A DNA stretch of 63,285 nt, the filler included, from Intoshia linei (Eukaryota > Animalia > Orthonectida), in assembly GCA_001642005.1 (NCBI GenBank). It is 7 parts of 7 records of this genome, joined end to end, with 100 filler letters (N's around TTAATTAATTAA, not from the genome) between each part and the next. Parts side by side here need not be neighbours in the genome. Positions count along the whole stretch, not along the records: positions 49,796 to 61,883 come from LWCA01001113.1; positions 61,984 to 63,285 come from LWCA01002681.1; 5 more parts are not named here. One strand, written 5' to 3'. The notes beneath the pieces are model-generated. The model saw only the letters and a program-made list of their open reading frames with translations. It did no database searches and was not told the origin of the DNA. This document shows positions 54,073-63,285 of this stretch, piece after piece; the first letter of the stretch is position 1, and each line of letters begins with the position of its first letter. Position numbers and translations under genes: made by a program.

Positions 54073-55104
54073 TATGTAACTTTTAATTATCAACATACCA
54101 ATTATTCATGTATCGATTATAAAAGAAAAGTTGTGATTTGGGCAAAAGTGTAATTAATTAATTTTTCACATACAGGGTTGATCATATTATTATAATGTAT
54201 TATTTATTCAGTATTAATAAAATTTGTATATGCGCTGCGGATATGATATTTATTAATATTATTTTTTTTGTAGTTAGTAAATTATACATGTGTCAATCAT
54301 CTAGATTTTAAAATTATAAATTCAGTGGGAATCATTTTTTTCTGATATCTAAAGCTAAAAATCCAGTCACCAAATATCATTTGGTAATAGACATAAAAAA
54401 ACGATAAGGACATAATAATTTTAAATTAATTTTTTAATTTTATTGTTGACACTTAAAATGTGCATTAAACGGTAATAACTAATTTTGATGATCTAAAAAT
54501 AAAATTTAAATTAACAAAACTTGCAATAGTGTTTAGACCTGATTAAATTTAAATAATTTATTAAAATAGTTAGTAAATTCATAAATAAATTCATATCTTC
54601 ACTAAGATTTTTCTATGCTTATCAGCAAATATATTGAATGTGTTATTCAAAAATGGTAACTATAGTTTATTAGGTAGTAAAATTTTCAATTTATTATTTA
54701 ATACAATAATTGTATTTATAATGACAATGTGAATGAATGATTCAAATTTTCTAACGATTTAAGGTTTAAAAGTTACAATTTTCAACTGATATTTGTCTTA
54801 AAGTTGGAATAGCATTAATATTACTTGTATCAAATCTTTATTTACATATAGTAAAAGTTGGCAAACTGCCAATCCCAGAAATTTAAAAATCATAAATTTT
54901 AAGTGAACTAAATTAAATTAACGATATGAAATTTCAAGCACACACATTATATAAGAACATAATAATTTATTTCATAATTCATTGATATTGATAGTAGGTA
55001 AATGAATACTTTAAACTTTTTATTATGAATTGTTGTTTTATTAATAAATTTATTAAATAGTTATTGGTATAAATCTATTTAATTGATATTACATAGCTAC
55101 CTGT

Positions 55105-55575
55105 ATCAAGGACAGCTTAAACCAGAACGGAATACGAGATATTCTAGTAAAAAAGATTGTAAGCGGGATTTTTTTTTGCTCTAAGATATATAATAATATG
55201 TTTGTTATCGGAAATTACTTTTTCATCGAATACACACTTGTCCATATTGCGTGGTAATTACAATGAAAAAAATTTTTCCAATATATATAATTAAGAAAAA
55301 AGAATGGAAATTGAACTATTTGATGTTATTTTATTTTTCATTGTTTTTGTATGTTTATTATGTGAAATTAAATCAAAATTTATGATAAATATTTATTTAA
55401 TTTGAAAATATTAAGTTTTTTCCAATTTAATTGATTAATAACCCTTCTAATATCCTGAAATTATTTTTTTGTCAAGTTTTTAACTTGCCTAATAATCTTA
55501 TAGCAAAAAAAATCCCGCCTACAATTTTTTTTACTAGAATTCTTGTATTCCGTCCTAGTTTAAGCTCTTTGCCTG
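55105..55575. repeat. Long-TIR foldback element (~80-bp arms)
   Basis: AGCTTAAACCAGAACGGAATACGAGA.ATTCTAGTAAAAAAGATTGTAAGCGGGATTTTTTTTGCT is mirrored at 55495-55570. Confidence 0.75.
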
Positions 55576-57951
55576 TATTTATGAATATTATTATGAGGGT
55601 CAAAAGTTTTCATTTCATTTTTCATTCATAAAAGTTAAGTTTTCTATTTAAAAATTTTATTTTTATATTTCTATGTATTAATGAATTCAATATAGGAGGT
55701 AATAATATTTTATTGAATACATGACATTACATTATGACAATACAATATACTATTTTAATTAAAATTAAACAGGATTAAATTAAATTTTATTTGAGTCAAT
55801 CTATTATATTTTAATCAAAAAGTTAGATTTTTGACTATATTTTTTTAATGCCCAATTTCTCAAATTGGATTTAAACTTTCGCATTGTCAAAATAAATTTT
55901 GCTTGTTTCACCCGCAAAAAATAAATAATTTTATGCGGCCCTAGTATCAATTAGTAAAGTATATTTGCGTCCGAATCGATGGAAAGGTTTTGCACTCTTT
56001 CTATATAGTCTAGGGTCTAGAAAATATTATATATTGTTCATTAATAGTATCTGGTAAATTAAATTATAAAAATAAGATTAATAATTATTACTATATGTAA
56101 TATTATAGTCGGTAATTATATACGCATATCATTAAATGTAACTCGTTAATTCGGTTTTGTTGAGACGATTCCTCGAAATTTAGTTTAATTTAGTCAACAC
56201 TCAAAAATAGATCTACACAAAAATGATATCATTTTGTAGACAATTAATGCTGATTACGATGATATATAACTTTATTTAATTTGTTAGGTTTTATAGTTTA
56301 TAGATTAATTATGTTAATTTAAAATCGTATTTAAATCTTATGTTTGACGTTTAAAATTCTACAGATGTAGTAGTATACTATTAAAGTTACTGATAGTATT
56401 TATTATCATTATCTCGTTGACGAATGTATTTATAACTATATTTTTATGAGTTATACCCACGATTACGTTATTGCAATACTGGAAATTAGCATTTATATTT
56501 TTGAATCAAAGCTTTTAATACAAGTTGTATATTACAACATAATTATGATGACCCACAAAGATAGTCATAGAACATTTTTTCTTTCAATGGGTAATGCATT
56601 TCAAATACATTAGAGAATCATGTTTATTTTTACTATCTTACCATAATTAATTTCGTTGTTTTCCTTTACTAATATAAATATAAACAGAGCCGAACCACTC
56701 AGCTCAAGGTCAGAAAATAAAATATAAACAACTAAATCAAAAATACTATTTTTTAAATTTTCAATTTGGAAAAAGTAGGTTCCAAATTTACATAAATTCT
56801 TCGAGGTTCATCCGGAAGAGTCGTTTCGGGTACGGTAAGTTCTACTCTGAATGAAAATAATAATATGCACATATCCATATAAATATAGCACATCAAATTT
56901 AATATTAATCTATTTAGCACGTAAATACATTAAATACTTTTAGATTAGAAATCAATACCTTTTAATATCAATATTGCATAATGCAATGCTTAATGTTGAT
57001 TAAAAGTTTTTAGTCGTTGTATAAAATACAAACATGCTCATTTTCAAAAGTTAAAATTTAATCAAAAACAAATTTAACATGTTTAAAACATTTTCGGGTG
57101 TCTTTGTTAAAAGAACTAACCCTTTTTCAAGTCAGAATGACGTTTAGTTATTAATAAATAGACATGTAGTAATAATATTTGTAAAAATAATTATAATATA
57201 TGGACATTTCTTTAGATTAAAATTTTAATTGGAAATTATGATCGTAATAGAGATTTACTGTTATATTAATAGATCTATAAATAATAAAATCTGAAAATGA
57301 TAAAAAATTTCTTACCTTATTTCGAAAAAATAACTAATAAAATGAAATCGCTGGATATCACTATTAACTCAAGTTACGACTTGTAAAGGAGAATTAGAAT
57401 CCGAAACTAAATAGTATTTTAATATAAATTAATATTGATAATATATATTAGGTCCTTATACATAATATTTTTGATGTTACAGGCAATTTTCAAATCCAGG
57501 CAACTTTCAAATTTTGACAATCAACGTAAATAATAATTCAAATTTGCAAATTTAACCTAATTAATGTATGAATTCAGCTATCAATTCGTATCTAATTTAA
57601 TTATATTGAGTGTAAGCAAAATTGAAATAATACTTGTTAAAAATGTTTCAATCATTTTTTATTCTGGGTTTATTTTTATTATTTTGTAATTTCATCAGTC
57701 TTTCATAATATTTCTTATATTTATCAACGCTTAATGTTTTACATCAATAAAAATTGAATAAAACGTTTATAATTCTAAAATTGCCTGTAAAATATATACT
57801 AATAATTAGGGTATTTCATATTTTTACAAATTTTGTCATTGGCAACTAAATTTAGGTAAAAAGTTATAAAGCTTTTTACAGTGATACTTAAAACCAGAAA
57901 CAAATTTTTTTAACTACATATGTGTATTGTATAATGTACTAATCAAGTTGT

Positions 57952-58277
57952 GCGGGGTGTTTTTAACTTATTTATAAATAACACCCCTTATTATATTTTT
58001 CTATATAAAATTAATTCAAAACTTAACTTATTTTAATTTTTATCTAATAATACTAAGAACTATTACGACGTGTATCCATGGTATTTTAATATAAGATTAA
58101 AAAAATGTGCATTATAGTAAGGCTTAATTTACATGTTAATACATATAATTTATATATTAAATACCATGGATACACATCGTACTAGTAGTACATAAAATAA
58201 TTCAAGCTTTTAATTCATTTTATTTAAAAAAATATAAAAATGGGGTGTCATTTATAAATAGGGTAAAAATACCCTGC
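57952..58277. repeat. Near-palindromic foldback element
   Basis: GGGTGTTTTTAACTTATTTATAAATAACACCCC...TACGACGTGTATCCATGGTATTT is mirrored by AAATACCATGGATACACATCGTA...GGGGTGTCATTTATAAATAGGGTAAAAATACCC. Confidence 0.75.
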
Positions 58278-59238
58278 TGCACTTCATTAAAAGTTATAGT
58301 TACTTATTTTCCCCCGCTATAAGTATTTATGTCAAAAACTCAACAAAATCAAAATAATTAAACTACAGCGTAATTTAAAAATTTAAAATACAATATATAT
58401 TATACAATGTATATAGTGGAAGCAGACTAATTAATATGATGGCACGGTTAACCTTAGTTACAAATAAATTCCAGTGGTTTAGTGAAAAAAGTTCAGTTTT
58501 AATTTTTATTGAACATTTTTGTATGATATTATAAAAATGACCTGCGACACTTCAAAACGAATTTTTATGCAATTTTTTTTCGGCATAGTGATTTCTATAC
58601 CAAATTAAACCTAATTTAACCTAAAGTTTTACATAGTTTGATTTAGTAAAACACTCTAGTATACATGTATATATGATATATTTAGTTACTGTAATGTGAA
58701 TGAAACTCTAATAATAAATATAAATCAAAATGTACTCTTATACAATAAAACTAATTTAAAATTTTTTATTAATATAAATCCTGAAAAATCCTACTATTCA
58801 CTATTATTATGATTTTAAAAGAGTGGTTCCCAAACTTGTTTCAGGTGGAATATCACATGACTCATGAACTCACCCTTCGGATTTGTGCATTCCAACAAAC
58901 TCGTATGGAAAGTGAAAATTCTGCACTAGGCATGTAAATAACTATTTGAATCTCAAAATTGTTTTTTATTTTCTATTAAGTATATTAATATCTGGTTTTC
59001 CCATGGTAATTGTTTATTTGATATCCCAGATGGAAAACCATTGTATCCCATTCCAACTACATGTAAATTCTGGGACCGGCATTTGTAAACGCATAATTAA
59101 ACTTAATTTATCATATAAAAAAAATCATTCGATATCAAGCAACCAGATACACAGGGTAAACAAATGTTGTTATTCGGTTGATGTGTTACTGTATCTAAAT
59201 AAATACAATTTTTTTCTTTGAATCAGATGTGAAACACA

Positions 59239-59730
59239 ATGTCAAACAATACAAATTTCAACGTTGAAGACATCAATTTAAACATTCAAACAACCGTACC
59301 AGTTAATGAAACAATTCAATCAATCAATATTCAACTAAACACAGTCTCAATTGTAATTATTGCAATAGTGGTTTACCTATTATTATTTACCATTGTATTA
59401 TTTGTATACGAATCTTTGTTAAAACGAAAATTATTTAAAACATGCTCAATTTTTGGAACCGAAGATGACGAAATGTTTCAATGCTGTGGTCCATTATCCG
59501 AATTGTTGAATTGCTTTCCTATTACCAATTTCTCGAGAATACTGGACACGTGTTGTCCTAAAAGAAAAGATTGGAGTCTGATGGATATTCTGGGGTGTCA
59601 GTGTTGTGGTTCTCAAGATACAAAATCAGCATTCAATACCAACTGCCAATGGAATCCAATGGTTTGTGATACCTGTAATGTTTGCTGTATAGAAATAAGA
59701 ACTAATGATATTGTCGATAGTATCAAGTGA
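59239..59730 (+). CDS. Single-pass membrane protein with Cys-rich tail, unknown function
   Basis: 163-aa intronless ORF; N-terminal NNT/NET sequons; TM VSIVIIAIVVYLLLFTIVLFVY followed by KRK; tail with QCCG, TCCP, GCQCCG, CDTCNVCC. Confidence 0.8.
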   Translation: MSNNTNFNVEDINLNIQTTVPVNETIQSINIQLNTVSIVIIAIVVYLLLFTIVLFVYESLLKRKLFKTCSIFGTEDDEMFQCCGPLSELLNCFPITNFSRILDTCCPKRKDWSLMDILGCQCCGSQDTKSAFNTNCQWNPMVCDTCNVCCIEIRTNDIVDSIK

Positions 59731-60336
59731 AATTGTAACTTTTACATAAAAATTTTATATAAATCTACTTTCTTGTACGATTTTCAACTAAAACATTTGG
59801 AAAATTGTTATAAAGGTATGCCATTTTTGTAAAAGATAGAAACATGATTCTAAAATTCTTGACATAAATGTGAGTAATAAATATTTTTACGAATGACTCC
59901 ATTTTCGCCATTTAATAAGTCATTCTAAGATCTAAAAATTGATTAAAAAATTTTTTCACTCATTACATCCACTAAAATATCCTTTTTACTTTTTTATCAA
60001 TATTTTAGAAATGTGAAGTATAATAATATATCTTAGAACACCTTTTATCCGTGTATTTTATAGTTTCATAATGTTTATTTTAATAAAAAAATAATATATA
60101 TACATTTCGTATATTGTTATTCAACTATTTATAAATTTGGATACTTTTCCGAAGGCATCGCATATGCATAAAATGTTTCTAAATATTATTATAAATTAAA
60201 TTCAAAGTCAAAATAAATAATTATAATTATTATAAAAACAAAATAATAAAAGAAAAAAACAAAAAATATTGTATAAGATACCAGTGCCAAACCTACCGTT
60301 CCTACCTTACCCAATACCTTCTTCGGAAGGACTCGA

Positions 60337-60790
60337 TTAAATTTCCATTAAATGGGGCGGAATTTTCCTAATTCATCAATAAAAAAATATATTCTTGAAT
60401 ATCATAACTATTTTGTGAGTTAAATTTCAAATCAAGAACCTTTGGAGAGGTGCAAACATTTTGCAAAACAAAATTGCAAAAATTGATTTGCGGTGACTTT
60501 GATCTTGGTAGGTTAGGATCTGAAAAATATACACTTAATATAATTTAAAATTTACAAAACAATGCTAAGTGACAATAGAGTATAATTTCTACATTTGATG
60601 TATAATGTAGGATTTCTAAAATGATTTATAAATTTTCAAAAAAATAATACATTATTTGGTTGATTTACCCAGTGACTTGCAAATTGCAACTAATTTATTA
60701 TGATATTTTAAATACAATATTATCTAAGTTCATAAATATTGGGACAATCACATCAATTAGTCGTAATTCCTTGTACTGCCTCAGAGGTAC
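60337..60790 (-). CDS. Possible 3' exons of an unidentified gene
   Basis: Less AT-rich blocks with plausible short introns (...ILHYTSN|ILTYQDQSHRKSIFAILFCKMFAPLQR|KIPPHLMEI*); the model is not unique. Confidence 0.3.
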
Positions 60791-60914
60791 TTAATTTTAG
60801 AAGGTATGTACGTAAAAATTTACGTAAAGATTAAGAGAATAGTAAAAAATGGTGATTTTGGTTATTTTTCCTAGTTACATTATCTTTACTTAGTTGAAAA
60901 TTATTTAGTTAAAA

Positions 60915-61883
60915 ATCTATGTCTGTTTGTTTGTCTGTTCCAATTTATTTACATTATTATTTAATTATATTTTTAAAAAAGTAAGAAGATTCGAGTTTTA
61001 AAAATGTCATATTTCTATTACAGTTCTTCGACCGTGTTGTTTTATTACAAATGTCATTTTCCGAAATGGAGTTCTTCAAAATAAAAAACCTCAATTGTCC
61101 ATTGTTTTTAAATTCAAACCAGTCCTAGAATTATAAAAAATACATATTCTCATGAAAAGTTTTAAATTCATCAATATTATGATAATTTCAATTAAAAATT
61201 CTATATATTTACGGCCAAAACCCCAAATTACCCTTTTTTAAAAATTAAGAAAGTTCTAGAATTTTATACAATATAAATTCTGGGATAGTTTTTAAATTCA
61301 TAAGCATTATTAAAAAAGATAATTTTCACGGTCAAAAAACAGATTACCCGATGTTTTAAAAATGAAAACAACCCTAGAATTTAAAAAAAATACATATGAT
61401 ACATTTATAGACAGTTAACCCACACCAAAAAATTTACATCTAATAAAGTGACGCCTTCATGGTCAATAAAGTACTTTAATATTAAAATTTTTTTTTATTT
61501 CGAAACTATTTAATTAAAATATAAAATTTGAAATATTAACGGTAGTACAATTCAAAAAAGAGTATTCTGATAAAGCTTATTCCAGTTGATATATATACAC
61601 AATTTTAACTTTAGAAATCTACGCATTCCTAGAGTTGTTGTAGTTTAACCCATTAAGTTGACTAATTTGAAACAAAATGTTTTGAAAATGAGAATTTGAA
61701 TTGCGTAGCAACAAAAAAAATTCCGAATGAATGATTTATATAAATTTTCACCCATATTACTTAATTCGAAATGTGTAGACGTTCAATGCATATTTTTTTT
61801 TTAAATTGTAGGATATATATTTACCATTTATTTTCAATTTTTATTTTAATCGAAATATTTGAAAAATATTGGTTAATAATATA
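60915..61883 (+). repeat. Helitron-family repeat fragments
   Basis: GTCTGTTTGTTTGTCTGTTCC start and interior matching the reverse of 13620-14160; runs into the spacer. Confidence 0.6.
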
Positions 61884-61983
61884 NNNNNNNNNNNNNNNNN
61901 NNNNNNNNNNNNNNNNNNNNNNNNNNNTTAATTAATTAANNNNNNNNNNNNNNNNNNNNNNNNNNNNNNNNNNNNNNNNNNNN
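61884..61983. other. Artificial contig spacer
   Basis: 44 N + TTAATTAATTAA + 44 N. Confidence 0.97.
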
Positions 61984-62591
61984 AACCTATCTATTTTTAT
62001 CGCAGCACTTGATATTTTAATACAATCATTAAACATTTTTATAACTTATAACAATGTTTAATTATAACTTAGTACTTAAGCAAGTTTTTCGTAACTTTTA
62101 CAATCAAAAAACCTTACCTATTAACAATATATGTAAATAAAATTTACGGACGTTATTAGATATTTAATATTTTCGATAAATTTGACAATACGATAGTTAA
62201 TAGAATATTAACGTAGAGTTAACTTAATATAATTTCAAACACTTTCTAAGGCTATAGTAAAATTTAAACATAGTTACTCATTCATTAAAAACCAACAAAT
62301 CAATTTTACAATCCGCATTTATGATGATGATTATCCAATTGTTTATTTATACATTTTAATTAATTATTAAATTAACAATTGAACAACAAAATCATTATCA
62401 TAATTTCAAAAATCTAAACACTGAAATTTATACATAAAATTTTATTTATACAAATTTTCAATAACAAATAGTGCATTCCTATTCAATTCAACAAATTGAT
62501 AAATTTTTTAAATACATGTAATAATTTTCACTGATCTTTCCTTATTGAATTGAATTTTTATCTTTATTTACATATAAATATATACTTTTAG

Positions 62592-62927
62592 ATGGAACGA
62601 ACATTTCAGAATGGCTTAATGAACCCATTTAATTACACGTCAATACCTCTGGATCAGTTCAATCCAGCCAAATTAAAAAAAAAAATGTACAAACACGGCA
62701 GCGTTGGAAACTGTAGTGTTCAAGAGCTGGTGCAATTGGCTAATGATAAACCGGAAATATATCCGTCAATTTTACACATGGTCCAAACGGTTCAAAAAAT
62801 ATGTCGACCCGAAAAATTTATAAATTACGAGATAACTGGAATATGTAGTTTTCCTGTAAACCCCGAAATGATTAGAAACATTTACCCTTCAAATAAAATG
62901 CTGCCATGCTTTTATGTCGATTTATGA
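62592..62927 (+). CDS. 111-aa ORF immediately upstream of, and in frame with, the La-motif ORF
   Basis: ATG directly after TTTTAG; coding-like composition; ends at TGA 62925-62927. Confidence 0.5.
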   Translation: MERTFQNGLMNPFNYTSIPLDQFNPAKLKKKMYKHGSVGNCSVQELVQLANDKPEIYPSILHMVQTVQKICRPEKFINYEITGICSFPVNPEMIRNIYPSNKMLPCFYVDL

Positions 62928-63285
62928 GCATACATGTGTTCGAGCATCCCAGTTCAACGGTCACTGACCAATTTGATTTATCAAATGGAACATTGGTTTA
63001 GTGACGCGAATTTGTCTAAGGATGATTATCTCCAATATGCCATGGATAAATATGGCTTCGTCGCCATAAGCATCATTAAAAAATTTAAAAGAATAGCCAA
63101 GTTTGAGGTAACAACAGTATTTATACAAATTGCAGCATTCTTGAGTCTCAAAATGGACATATGCGACACATTTTGTCACATAAGATCCAGTACCCTTAAT
63201 TATAAAAAGTATGCTATGGCTAGAACAAATAATCCATCAACAGACAGTAGCTATTATCCTCGTTTTACAATTACTTCGCTAACAA
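62928..63285 (+). CDS. La-motif (LARP family, LARP7-like signature) coding frame, open to window end
   Basis: LIYQMEHWFSDANLSKDDYLQYAMDKYGFVAISIIKKFKRIAKF...HIR matches the La motif (cf. LARP7 QVDFWFGDANLHKDRFL). In-frame ATG at 62934. Confidence 0.8.

Noticed and set aside
62961-63179. 72-aa minus-strand ORF
   Set aside because: Antisense to the La-motif frame, which carries the recognisable domain.

Overview
Very AT-rich eukaryotic (metazoan-type) genomic DNA. It consists of seven contigs joined by six artificial 100-nt spacers (44 N + TTAATTAATTAA + 44 N), so adjacency across spacers is not biological evidence. Genes are compact and split by many ~35-75 nt GT-AG introns, so the ORF track misses most of them. 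Genes reconstructed by hand: a divergent SLC4 bicarbonate transporter, a LEM-domain tail-anchored protein, a Lhx1/5-like LIM-homeobox gene, alpha-tubulin, Rab7, exosome subunit RRP42/EXOSC7, ATP-citrate lyase (3'-truncated), the 3' end of a SET1-family H3K4 methyltransferase, the 5' end of mitofusin, ArfGAP1, a Cys-rich single-pass membrane protein, a La-motif ORF directly behind an in-frame TGA, and several hypothetical genes. Intergenic DNA and long introns are filled with non-autonomous Helitron-like elements (5'-TC...CTAG-3'), hAT MITEs with 8-bp TSDs, Tc1/pogo-type MITEs with TA TSDs and decayed transposases. The architecture resembles a reduced parasitic invertebrate genome such as an orthonectid (Intoshia); this is inference, not verified. 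No clearly new multi-gene system is demonstrated. The best leads are the TGA-interrupted La-motif gene, a Helitron that inflates a 39-nt intron to 1.1 kb, the altered SLC4 substrate pocket and the atypical LIM-homeodomain.
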